In this document: positions 36,674 to 48,760 of the stretch, one piece after another
Layout of the letters: every line of letters begins with the position of its first letter
Numbering within the stretch: position 1 is the first letter of the stretch
Assembly (NCBI GenBank): GCA_026025075.1
Contig: JAPEUI010000008.1
Span: 1-64,000, forward strand
Direction: 5' to 3'
DNA length: 64,000 nt
Source of the DNA: Vezdaea acicularis
Taxonomy: Eukaryota
Position numbers and translations under genes: made by a program
The notes under the pieces: model-generated
The model's database searches: none
What the model saw: only the letters and a program-made list of their open reading frames with translations
Told to the model about the DNA's origin: nothing

Positions 36674-36964
36674 ACGCTTTTAGCTATAAGGGAACCCCCG
36701 TTTAACGCGCCATCAATTTTGTCCAGGACCGTTTTGTACCTTCGTGTGTAAAGCATTGAGCCATGGGGGAACACCCATTTAATGCACCATCAATTTTGTC
36801 TAGGACCGTTTTGTACCTTCGTGTGTGAAGCATTGAGCCATGGGGGAACCCCCATTTAATGCACCATCAATTTTTTTCCAGGACCGTTTTGTACCTTCGA
36901 GTGTAGAGCATTGAGCCATGGGGGAACCCCCATTTCATGCACCATCAATTTTGTCCACCGCTTC
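36674..36964 (+). repeat. Tandem array (~3.6 x 77 bp) of the same hairpin plus end motif
   Basis: aggaccgttttgtaccttcg recurs at 36725, 36802 and 36880; each unit ends ...ggggaac(a/c)cccattt(a/c)atgcaccatcaatttt... Confidence 0.88.
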
Positions 36965-38047
36965 GAGCCATAATTGGCTCGGTCCTCAGGCTTTATATAG
37001 GCACTGAGTGCAATGCCGATCAAGAGGGGACCGGATGTAAAGAGATCGTTGAGCGTTAGACGTTCGAGGGTTACTATGAAACTTAACCCCCACTTCTGGT
37101 TCCACGGGTACTCTCAACTGAGCAGAGGAGCCTCTTGCTCGTATTCAAACAGATATATCTTCATCGTCCAATGCATGAAACGAATTATAAAAGGGGCGGC
37201 CCAAGGCGTGACAAGTGACTTGCTGACTCATCTCGAACTTGCTTCACTACCGATAGAAGGTCATTCGCAATGCGTAGAGGTATCGAAACTGACCACAACT
37301 CTCAAGGTCATTATCATCAAGTTACGCATAAGTTCTTCTTTCTCTCCTTTCCTATGGCCCAGTCACCAGAACGGGCTCTATATCAAGTTAGCGGCGGGAG
37401 GGCCGCCGACGCTCCACTGGGTCTGGCGCTGCCCCTAAGCAGCACCGGATCTCGGGTCCCGGTGCGGGCGACGACGCTGAGTGGTGGGATGGCTAAGCGA
37501 TGCCGCGCCAACGCGGCAAGACGCACGCCGGACGGCTCTCGGCTGCCGCGACCCGCCCTGGTGGGAGCGAAATCTTTTAGGGCGCAGCAGGGCAGGGCAG
37601 GGCATGGCAGGGCCTGGCGGTGTGTGATGTGTGACGGGCACTCCGATCACATCCCTCAAATCTCCTTCCGTCGTGCAACGGCATCGCACTGAAAAACCCC
37701 TTCTCCTCTTACGACCCTATTCTTGGATCGACCCCTCATCGCTCCTCATCTGCATTCCTGCGCGAGAGCGGCTGCACAGATCGCCATGCGGCTTCGCTTC
37801 ATTGTCTGCGTTTGACTTCTCTCCTCCTGCCTCCGCAGGTTTTGTTTACACGGCCCTTGCCGGAGTCCGAGCTCTGTGCGACAAACTCTGCGGGAACAAC
37901 CCTTCGTTGCGAACCTCATCTCCGCTACGTTGATCGTTACGCTCTTCCCAATGTTTGAAATAATCATCGCTCCAAAAAGCCTTCCTTTCACCTTCGCCTG
38001 AAGCTGCGACCATTCAAATCAAGCGGGCGATCTCGTGCCCTTCAGCC

Positions 38048-40971
38048 ATGGACTCAAGCAACGATGCTCGGATTTCGAGCTCACTCCGGCCTTCAGGCAA
38101 CATGGAACAGACTGCAGCTGCCCATCTGACCCCGCAAACCCAAATCGCGGAGAGGCCAGCCGAGAAGGGCGTCACTCCATCGTCAACGTTCCTGCGCGAT
38201 CGCCTGCGGGAACAGAAAGCACAGAGCCAGAGAGTCAACAAAACGTATGATCGTGGTAGGCGACGATCGACTAGGCAGACCGACGATCTCCTAGGCGCAG
38301 ATGGGAAGGACACGACTTTGGCCCGCCAGGTTCAGAGCTCTCCCGTTGGGGGACCGTTCCATTCTGATGGTATTGATCCGAAACGCCGTACCACTGGAAT
38401 AGGCACGGCGAATGGCTCAGCTGCCAGTCGAAGTATGGGGGCTCGCGAAACAGAAGAGGTACGGTTCTGCACCTTTTGCTCTCACCCCCGTAGGATGTTC
38501 ATCTCACACGACCACAGTACATATCTTCTCTCAAGAAAAAGGTCTTTGACCTGCAGCTAGAACTTTTCCACCGCCGAGAACGCACCACCATTCTCGAAGC
38601 GCAGCTAGAGAAATTTGAGGATTTGGAAATTCAGAACGCGGAGCTTCAGGAAATCAATGAACAGCTCTTACTTGAGCTTGAGAAAAGAGACAAGGCAGTT
38701 GAGGAGGCCGTTGGGATCATCTGCGATCTAGAAGAAAAAGTTGAGGTTCTGGAAGAGTGGGACGATAAACGAGAAGCAACGCCCCTCATCCACTCACCTC
38801 GAACTGACGGCCCACCTCATGATGATGCGCCTCGGCCTCTGTCCTCTTCATCCCCTTCAACAGCCGCAGAGAAGCAGGAGCCGAAGACACCACATTCAAA
38901 GCAAAGTGAATCGCAAGTCAATCCGATGGGAGCGAACAAGTCAAATAAGCCAGGCCGACCGAGCATTTCCAACACACCATCCCGTACGCCGTCGTTTCTG
39001 ACATCAGATAAGGGTAGCGCTGGGGCTCTTCGAAGTTTATATCTCGCAGGAGAGAATCACAGCCGGGGAGGATTTGGTCCATTTGGTCTTTCTCGTCGCA
39101 ACAGCATGCTGAGCAGAGAAGATGGTTTCGGCAGCCCGGAGTCATTGGCCGACGGATTAGATTCACCACGCCTTAGTATTTTGAGTGAGGGAGACTTTCT
39201 AAGCATTTATGGTGATACGACCCGATTAGACCTCGATGGAAATACACAAAATCTGGTCTCACAAGAAACATCCCAAACTCAAGCACCAGAGCAGAAAGCC
39301 AGAGAAGAGCGGGTGGAGCGAGAGAGAAAGCAGACGAGAGCCGAGAGGCTACAGCAGTGGATGGACGAACGTGGGACCCCCTCCAAAGTACCTAGAGCAC
39401 CATCTTCCGGTGCAATAGATGCTGAGAAATACCTGTCAATCGGTAATGTCTTACAAGGCAGACTCCCGCCTCCCAAGGAAGATCTTGCCAAGGATAGCCC
39501 ACGGAAAGAGATGGAAGCCTTTATGAGCCGGAGACAGGAACCAAAGTCACAGCCAAGCGCCCCTTTCACATCTGGATCGCCGCTAGGTGCGCATCCTCTT
39601 CCTCTTAGGCCAGCCAGTCCAAGTCCAGTTGGCCAAAACGCTTCGAACAACTCTTCGTCTAGTATCATTGCTGAGAGGAGTCTCTTGGACAGTACGCCTG
39701 CTCCAGTCAAGAGTTTTGCTGCATTGCGGCCGGACATTCGACCACACAGTGCCGGCGGTGAAACCGCTCGGAGCACAAATGATTCTTTTAACCACTACGA
39801 TTCGGCGTTCGACTACGCCGACTCCGATGGTGAGCTAGATTCAATGCTTGCCGGCCATGATGAGCACGATTACGACAATGACCAGATCAATCTTGGAAAC
39901 CCGTCGTTCTTTTCCGCCATCTCACCCAGTGCAGCAAGAATCTTGGGCAATGTCGCGCCAAGCAAATCGCACTTTAGGAGTCCAGCCTACCGTGGAGATA
40001 TGATGTTTAATGGTGAAGTGGTTGACGAAGCAGCTCTCACAAGAAGCCATGCAAGCCCCACTGGGCTCAACCACGACCGACAACATTCCGTGCAGTTTGA
40101 CTTTGATATATTAGCTCACCCTGGCCTGTCTAGAAGTGAACTCTGTCCCACATCTCCTTGCGACGATCGACGAAGCAGAAGTAGCAAGACGGCAACTCCA
40201 ACTAAATCTAGTGTCCTGTACCATAGTCGGAGCGAGGAGTCCAACGGTGATCGATATCTCGATCACAATCCATCAACCCCGCCCTCGAAGCCTGCAACGA
40301 CGAAAGGCGTCACCTTCAAAGCGGAGCCTGAATTTCCCCAGTCTTCCTCCCGCTTTCGAGTCCCTAAGCTCTTGCTCACGCCGTCCCCAACAAAGAAAAG
40401 TCTCAAGGACCGAATCTTCAGACGATCAGCCACCGTGGAAAGCTCACCTGCAGAGCCATCTTCTCCCATCATTCGCAACACGGCTTCCTATTCCGCTCGC
40501 GCCCAACGCCCTCACGGTGCTCTCGTGCGATCAAACACCGCCAACGACATTCAGCTTGCAGCCGCCATTCGTCATCGGCCCGGCACAGCTAGCAGTGTAG
40601 AAGGAAGGAGCCGCCATCAACTCCGCGGTCAGAGCTCTGGCAGCACGTGGGAAGGCAGCAGTGGCGGCGACGGTATGTGGACGCCGACGACGGAACGCGG
40701 CGAAAGCATGACTAGCGAAGACGTGCACAGCGAAGTCGAGCGCGACCGCCTCTCTCGATCCGACACTATCGTCCCCGAGAAGTACCACAGCGCGACTGGC
40801 GGCAGCAACAGCATATCATCCCACTCGAATGCCTACAGCGGCGGTGGGTACGAAAGCGCGGCGGAGGAAGGCCGGGCCATGAAGAGTCGTCGATGGAGCG
40901 TCAGCCGGAGCGGAGGGAAGGATAGGCTGGAGAAACGGCGAACCCCGGGTGGCAGGAGTGCGGAGGCATGA
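38048..40971 (+). CDS. Centrosomin N-terminal motif 1 (Cnn_1N) domain protein with long Ser/Pro-rich tail
   Basis: Across intron ~38459-38517 it reads MGARETEE/YISSLKKKVFDLQLELFHRRER, followed by a coiled coil (LQEINEQLLLELEKRDKAVEEAV). Confidence 0.72.
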
Positions 40972-41989
40972 TTTTGATCGGCGTTGGTCACTGCTTTTCT
41001 GCTAGATGCATGGACCGCAAGGTCGGACCTGGGTGTCTTTGGGGGATAGGGGGCATCGTGCGGTGGGTGGCTTTTTTCGTCGCCCTTCGGGGTTGGCATT
41101 CCAGCGAGCGATCATCCGTAGCCCATTTTATGCTACATATGGCAATGCGGTGAAAGATATCGCACACCACTTCTTCTTGAGCCTCAATTGACTCTTGCGT
41201 CGGTGGCTTCGTATGCCTATGCACCAGCTCTGCAACCTTAAAAGGTCCGCTGCACGCCCCCCACCCTCTTCCCCCACGGTCCTCCCTCGTCTGCGGCTGC
41301 CACATCCGACCTCTCGCCAAGCCCACCCGCCAAGCGCAACGTCAGTGCTCCATTGGCCACCCACCAGCGCCAGCCAGCACCAGCACGCCAACCCCTCGCC
41401 AGCGGGCCTTCAAACCGAAAAAAGGTGGCAGTGCTCCCCGGCACAGCCGACGACAGTTTCGAAGTTCTTCCACCACCAACACGGCATCATCATCCTCCCC
41501 TTCTCTGTTCTTCCTGCTCCTCCCTCCTCGTACTAGTATTTGAGTACCCTGACACTTTTGAGGCAAGGCTCAACGAAGCTCGTTACAGCTTCTGACGGAC
41601 GGAAAGGCGCAGTGTCGTGGTGTACGATTGCGCGACGCCTATAAAGAGACGGGTTGTTAGACGGAAGCTTTCGCGTGACGTCTACACACGTACTCTTTGG
41701 TCAGCCTTGCTTTCACGTCGGAATCAAGATTTCTTTTAACGACCACGACGATAGACGGACGGACGCACGCGACGAGGAAGGATAGATTTGTTGTACGACA
41801 GACATCTGATTGATTGTTCGCTCTTGCAACGACGGGAATTCATTTTTGAGCTTACTTGGTGCTGTAGTCTACGTCACGAAGACTCTGCGCGAACATCGTG
41901 TTTGAGGTGATCGGTGCATCTCGACGACTGTGGGAAGAGATTCAAGAAAATCGAAGTGAAGTGGATTGAAGGAAAGTCGAGCTACAGCA

Positions 41990-42656
41990 ATGGCGATTCT
42001 TCTCCCAAGGCAATATTACTACAGTAATGAGTGAGTCTATCCCCATCCCCAGTCGCCTCAGCATCGACCCATCTTTCATCCTCACTTCACACCTTCCAAC
42101 CTTTCATCTCCCAAAAACGGAAACATTGCGAGTCAAAGGCCTCCAGAAGCCACTTCGGAACACACATACTCAATTTCTTAAAACAAATCACTGACCCTAC
42201 CCTCCCCCCCACAGCTGCTACTACAGCAACTACAACTGCTCCTCGAACTGGTCCCGCTGGGGCCGCTGGGTCGCCCTCGCCGGCATCCTCATCTTCTTCT
42301 TCCTCCTCTTCTTCATCTGCGCCTCCATCACCAACCGCCGTCGCCGTCGCCGCGGCATGCAGCCCTACCGCGGCACCGGCTGGGTCCCCTACAGCGGCGC
42401 CCAGCCCGCCACCGGCTACGCCAACCAACACCAGCAAACCCCCTACTATGGGAATACTCAGCCCACCGCCCCCGTCGGTCAGGACCCCCAGTATAATCAT
42501 CATAATGAAAATGCGGGGTATTATGGCGGTCAGCAGAATGGTGTCGAGCTTCAGAGCCCGTATGGTGCGGGCCAGGAGGGTCCCCCACAGTATGGCGGCT
42601 ATGCCCCTCCGACTGGGCCGCCGCCTGTGCATCAGAAAGATGGCATTATACGGTAG
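41990..42656 (+). CDS. RCR-family (chitin synthesis regulation, Congo-red resistance) membrane protein
   Basis: MAILLPRQYYYSN / intron ~42031-42214 / CYYSNYNCSSNWSRWGRWVALAGILIFFF...RRRRRRGMQPYRGTGW, then a Pro/Tyr/Gln-rich tail. Confidence 0.8.
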
Positions 42657-43002
42657 ACGCGGGTGGTTTATTTCTTTGTGACGGCCAGAGATTGCGGAGA
42701 GGCGTGGCTCGAAGGCCTTGGAAAATGGTGTGGCCGGACAGAGTATGACCCGTCATGGCTAGAGTGTCTGGACCGGAAGGCGCTTTTCTGGATCTTAATC
42801 TTTCTTAACCTTTATACTTGCTTACGGCTCGAGGATCTCATGTACCTGCTTAAAAAGGATTCTATTGATGCACAATATACAGTATCCCTAATGACCAGCT
42901 TCCGCACTTCGTGGAAAACCCAGATCATGCAAAACTACCAACCACCCCACCACCCCTATCCCTCCCTCCTACCCCCTCACCCATTCCTTTTCCCCTCCAT
43001 CC

Positions 43003-44307
43003 TCAAAACCGTCCCCGCCCAGGCGTCAACGCACTAGGCGGCCTCCCCCTTCCCCCTTGTCCTGCACCACCCGGTTCACTAGCCGGTAACTCCTGATACA
43101 CCGGACTTTGATAAGCCGGAGCGTCGTTATTGTTCGCGGGGGAGAACGCGCGGTAGGAACCTATTGCTTGCGGGGAGGGAGTGGGAGCGGGACGCTCGTA
43201 GGGGGAGTCGATGGGGTGGGATTGGGATTGGAAGGGCATGGGTGGGGGCGAGGAGGGCGAGCGGGATGAGAAGTTTGGGTAGGCGGGTCCTCCCGCTGCT
43301 GCTGCCGCGGCATTGTGGTTGTGATTGTTGTATGAGCCCAAGGGAGGAGAAACCTGTCCGAAACCCGTGTCGTGCTCGTGATAAGAGCCCAATGGAGGCG
43401 AGACCTGTGGGGAGCTCTGGTAGTCGTATTCGAGTGGTTGGTTAGGGTGGGCTACTGAGGGTGAGTTGTCGTACGGGCGTGCGGCGTCGCCGCCGTAGCC
43501 GCGAGTGTCGGAGTAGGGCATCCCTTGGGGAGGACGCGGGGAACGGGCTTGTCCGCGGCTGTAGGTGTTGTCGAGGAAGGGGCTTTCGTCTCCTCTTGGC
43601 CCGGGGCCGGGCGAGCGGCCGTAGGGAGAGCGTCCGCCGTACCCGCCGCCGCCTACGGGGCTGAAGCCGTCCTCGTCGAGAGCGCTGCCGTTCATTGCGG
43701 GGTCTGTGGGTCGACGCCGGGGGCGCTCGCGGTAGGGACTAGCGGGCCCGCCGCGGTAGGAGGTTGTGGGTGAGGCGTCGGAGAGCATTGGCCGTCTTTG
43801 CGAGGGTTGCGTGGGTTTCAGGGGGGCCATCTCGAGGTCTTCCTTGTGTTCTGGGGCGGGGGAGTCGTCGACGATCTTCTTGGTGACGGCGGAGTCCATG
43901 GAGGGCATGGCGGGGAGGGCATCGGGATCTTTCTTAGTGGAGGCGTCGAAGGTTGCGAATTGCGGTGTTTGCGATTGGTACGAGGGCGGGGCGGGAGGAG
44001 CGCGGTAGCCGCCTTCTGGTGCGGCGGGGGTCGGAGGGGGCTCGTCGAGGTGCTTGTGTCCTGGTTTCTTGCGCCGTTTGCAGCATGCGCAGCAGGCGTT
44101 GCAGCAGGAGATGCCGCAGCAGCAGCATTGGATCATGCACCATAGCAGACTGAGGACGATGATGGCGCCGATGATACACCCGATTATGGCGGGCCATTTG
44201 CAGTAGCTTTTCTGTTGGCACTTTTGCCAGCTGGTGAAGGTCTCGGGGGCGTTTTGGACTCCGCTGACGGTGCTCGCGATGTCGCGGCGCCAGTATGTCG
44301 TGGCCAT
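43003..44307 (-). CDS. Fungal 'fibroin-3-related' single-pass membrane protein
   Basis: RRDI...TFTSWQKCQQKSYCKWPAIIG, a TM helix, a poly-Cys cluster, QFATFD and DALPAMPS motifs. Confidence 0.72.
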   Translation of the reverse strand: MATTYWRRDIASTVSGVQNAPETFTSWQKCQQKSYCKWPAIIGCIIGAIIVLSLLWCMIQCCCCGISCCNACCACCKRRKKPGHKHLDEPPPTPAAPEGGYRAPPAPPSYQSQTPQFATFDASTKKDPDALPAMPSMDSAVTKKIVDDSPAPEHKEDLEMAPLKPTQPSQRRPMLSDASPTTSYRGGPASPYRERPRRRPTDPAMNGSALDEDGFSPVGGGGYGGRSPYGRSPGPGPRGDESPFLDNTYSRGQARSPRPPQGMPYSDTRGYGGDAARPYDNSPSVAHPNQPLEYDYQSSPQVSPPLGSYHEHDTGFGQVSPPLGSYNNHNHNAAAAAAGGPAYPNFSSRSPSSPPPMPFQSQSHPIDSPYERPAPTPSPQAIGSYRAFSPANNNDAPAYQSPVYQELPASEPGGAGQGGRGRPPSALTPGRGRF

Positions 44308-45864
44308 GATGAGTAAGTGGGAAAATTGAAAATCAAAGTGTGCATCTGCCAGGTCCAGCCTGGTGAAGATAGAATTCGAGCGTCGTAACACCGTGGCACG
44401 GTGTTGTTCTACGTGTCCGAGAATATTGCGAGGTTTATGAAGCAGAGGGATGTAACTCAGGGGGTGAACAAGTCGCGCTCTTCGAGGGCATGAGAGGCGT
44501 GTCTCAGTCGGCAAAAGAATGGAAAACTTGTTCAGTCAAGAATGAATGATGGACCTAGATGACGGGTCAGGTCGTCCACGACTTGCAAGGAAAGGACGTC
44601 GTGACGAAGAAACCCCCTCTCGAGGGCCGAACTAATGTCTTGGAGTCGCAACGGCGGCGATCAGGGGGTTTGGCAAGGCACCACATGGGCCCAAACCCGA
44701 TGCGGCGTAGCCTCGTTTTAAGCGGCCTTGTGGCTGGCCGCGGAAAGCTGGCATGTGGTTGGCTCGTCGGTTTTATTTACCAACGGAATGGACGGAACGA
44801 GCAGAGCATGTTTGATCTTTGTAATTATGAGTGTAGAACATACTGGAGGAATGAGAGACGATGTGCGGTCTCTAAGGGATATGCTACCTCAAAATAGAGC
44901 TGGTAGGAGACGGGTGATGCAGGAGCGCCTCACAGCGGAATCCGCAATGTGCGCAACTATCACCGCGACGTGATATCATCTACCTCGTTCATACTATTCA
45001 ATCTATTGGACATTCTCTCTCCTCAGTTTATCATGTAATCACAAAAGGTGATTCGCCTTCATATCAGCCGTGAAGTCCAAATCCTGTGCACATCAAATTT
45101 AGCAGTCTAGACTCCAAACTAGTTGTCCAACCTCACTATGATCAAATTCAAGCTACTTCTACAATGAAATGCCAAGAACGTGTCGTGGGATCTGTAAGGT
45201 CTCTTGGAGAAGAACCACGACGTCGTCGTACGCCCTATTACATGGACTGGTTCACTTTGCGGGCGATGCTGAGTAGCATTCGCTTAGGTAAGGGTGTCGA
45301 TTCGCAAAGTAAACATGCCCAGCGACTGGCCCATGACCGCGAAGTCTGACTCGAGCGTAGGCACACAGCACACATTGCATGTCACAACCACATCACGGCC
45401 GCATCTGACTCAGTTATTGTTCCCTCTCGAGCATCTCACAAGGCTTCGCGGACTGTCCTATGCCACGACTGTGACGCTTCCTTTAAAGCCCTCGTTTATC
45501 CTCGCTTGCTGCTGTCAGGCTGCCGGGCGACAACTCAAGGCGTCTAATTAGCACGATTAAGCCTTGCGAGATTCGATCGATCGACTGATAGCACGGTCGC
45601 GAACCTCATCCCACCCCCAAGTCACTTATATAGCATTCAGTTCTCCTCCGCTGTCAACTACCGGTCACGAACTGTGGCAGTATCGATCGATATTTGCCGG
45701 CTTGGTCCGCACACGAAAATACTGATCTTGGGACGTTTGCACAGCCGAGGAGACTGTTTGGTCGATCGAAACTTCTGCTTTAACATCGCTGCAGCCTTTG
45801 TTATCATCTGCCCATTCATGATCTCGCTTCTACGCATCTGAGGCGACTGGCACATGGTTGAGCT

Positions 45865-48760
45865 ATGCTCTCAGAGTCAGGCAAAGATGTAATATCTTCC
45901 TACCTCGATCAAATGTCGCAATTTCAGCCAGAGGATTCTCAATCGCCTTCCCAGGCCGCATATCGTGTAGACGAGGGATACTCAGAGGAAACGAAGAGTC
46001 ATGCAGGGAGTGAATCGGCCTCGAGATCGGAAACGCTACCACATGAGGTTGGGGAGAGGTACCTTGAAGTGCAAATTCCCAACTGGATACTAGGCTTGGC
46101 GGAGCCAGACCGGAGCGGTATGTCTTCCCCTCCATGCCTACTCTCCAGAGTCTTATGCTTATTTTTTTGACTCCCAAACAGAACTAGCATATGCCATATT
46201 GCGCTCGTTACGCACGTCATCAATCGCTACAATCGTTGATCGTCTAAACCCGCTCCTTCACCTGGATCCAGTGACTCATTTACCCGTCGAATTGGTTCTT
46301 CAGATCTTCTCCTTCCTAGACCCTCAGACACTCCTAAAGGCTTCGACGATATCAAAGTCCTGGAGAGAGCGGGCTCTCGACTCGCGACTATGGAGAGGTT
46401 TATACAGAGGGGAGGGGTGGATGGCGGAACTTGGCGAGCTTCGAAATTTTGAGACTCAGCTTGCCAAGTACACCCTCAAGGATAAGGCTGATGAAAAGAG
46501 GCCTCGTTCGAGAGGAGAGGACGAACTGATCCTACAAAATAAAAAGACAAGAACGCGGGTAACTCGCGCTACGAGAGCACGTCGTAAGGGCCAAGATCGC
46601 TCCGATGGGACTCCAAAATGGAAAGATCAGAACCCTGCTGTAGAAGCAGACACACGAATGGATACCGACGCGCATGAAGACGCCGTTATGCAAGACGCTG
46701 ATGATCCTGTGACGGAGCCATCAACAAGGACTGCCACCCCTGGCATAAGCGTTTTCGGCAACGGAGCGTCATTCACATCTCAAGAAGGTATATCCACAGA
46801 CGAGGACGAGATGTATCCATCTCCACCCCAATCCAGCCATCCAACAGCAGGAGCCCCTGACGAATCCGATCCGAATGCCGCGAACGACTTCGCTAGCCAC
46901 TTTTCTGCGCAAGCATCTATAATGGCTCCTTCCACGGCCGGTACTCCTAGGATAAACTGGCAGTACCTGTACAAACAACGGCGAAAACTGGAGAGTAATT
47001 GGAATGCTGGACGGTTCGTCAACTTCCAATTGCCACATCGCGATTTCACGTGGGAGGGACATAGGGAGTGCATCTACACTATCCAATACTCGGGAAACTA
47101 TTTGGTCAGTGGAAGCAGAGATAGGACCCTCCGAATATGGGATCTCAAAACAAAACGGCTTGTCCGTAAGCCATTAGTCGGGCACAAGGGCTCGGTCCTG
47201 TGTCTGCAGTTTGACGCAAGCGAGGATGAAGATATAATTATCTCTGGAAGTAGTGACTCAGACGTTATCCTTTGGAGATTTTCAACCGGGGAAATGATAC
47301 AAAAGATTGAGCATGCGCATCGAGAGTCGGTGCTGAACCTCCGATTCGACAAGAGGTACCTCGTTACCTGCTCGAAAGACAAGACGATCAAGGTCTGGAG
47401 CCGCCATGAATTAAGTGCAGGACACCCTGACTTCCCGAAACCATCTTCCCCATGGGGAGCGGAGCCGTTCAAATTTTCCCCAAAGGTCATTGACGTCGCG
47501 ACCGGAGGCACAAGCGCTCCGTCATTGCCGCCTTACACGAGGTTGATGACTTTGACAGGCCATGGGGCAGCGGTCAATGCTATTCAAATGCATGAGAACC
47601 AGATCGTATCAGCATCTGGGGACCGCCACATAAGGGTCTGGGATGTTTCCAGTGGCGACTGTATCCAGATGATTCAAGCACATCAGAAGGGCATCGCTTG
47701 CGTCCAATTTGACGGGCGGAGGATAGTGAGTGGGAGCAGCGACAACTCTGTTCGCATATTCGATCGTAAGACAGGAATTGAAGTAGCCTGGCTAGTCGGA
47801 CATAATCACCTTGTCCGTACCGTGCAGGCTGGTTTTGGGGATCTGCCGTGGGGAGCAGAGGATGACCTCGCCGAGGCACGAGCCATCGATCAGAATTTCT
47901 TTGCCTCTGGCCGGGATACTAGCGACTCTACTCTAAAGGCCAATCGCGAACATCGTTGGCTCCGTAATGCAGGTTCAAAGAAGCCGGGAGATGTAATTGC
48001 GATCGGTGCAGCTATTCCACCTGGGGGTGGCGGTAGCAAATGGGCTAAGATAGTTTCTGGCTCTTACGATGAAACAATTATCATCTGGAAGCGAGACTCT
48101 GAAGGCAAATGGGTACCAGGCCACCAACTTAAACAAGAAGACGCTGCACGAAGGGCAGGCGGATCTGCCGCCGAGTATTTCGCAAAGTTATCGGGAACAA
48201 CGAATCTACTTGCGACTCCAGGCGCACCCACTACAGGCACCAATCAGCCTACGCCTGTTTTTCCTACGAATTCCACAAATGGAATGCCGAACGCACCAGG
48301 GGCAGCCCCATGGCATATGGCAACGCAGAATCAGGATCAGACTTTTGCTCAGCAGCAGCAACAGCCGCCTCTAAATTTGAACCAAGCCACCGGCAACCCT
48401 GTGCCACCATCAGATTCGCAATTGGTGCAGCCGCCTCCGCAAGCCTCAGCAACAGCACCAACTGGTGCGCCTTTACCACCCGCGACAAATCTCGCCCCCA
48501 ATGGACACGTCAATCCCAACAACATGGCCGAAGTTGCTCGACACCTGATCGTTTCCAATCTTGCACAGATCCATGGCGGTGGCACGCCAGAGGGTATCCG
48601 CGCAGCTGCGGACAGCATGCGCAACCCACGCGTATTCAAGCTGCAATTCGACGCGCGGAGAATCATCTGCTGCTCGCAAGACCCGCGAATCGTCGGCTGG
48701 GACTTTGCGAACGGCGATGTTGAAGTGGAAGAGGCGTCGCGCTTCTTCACCAATTCTTGA
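45865..48760 (+). CDS. fwd-1: F-box/WD40 SCF substrate receptor (FWD-1 / beta-TrCP-like)
   Basis: DEGYSE N-terminal motif; intron ~46118-46180; F-box LPVELVLQIFSFLD; WD40s (GHRECIYTIQY, LVSGSRDRT, IVSASGDR); C-terminal RVFKLQFDARRIICCSQ. Confidence 0.8.

Noticed and set aside
1..37000. Starship element
   Set aside because: No DUF3435 tyrosine-recombinase captain or defined boundary is visible in this window. One could lie upstream.
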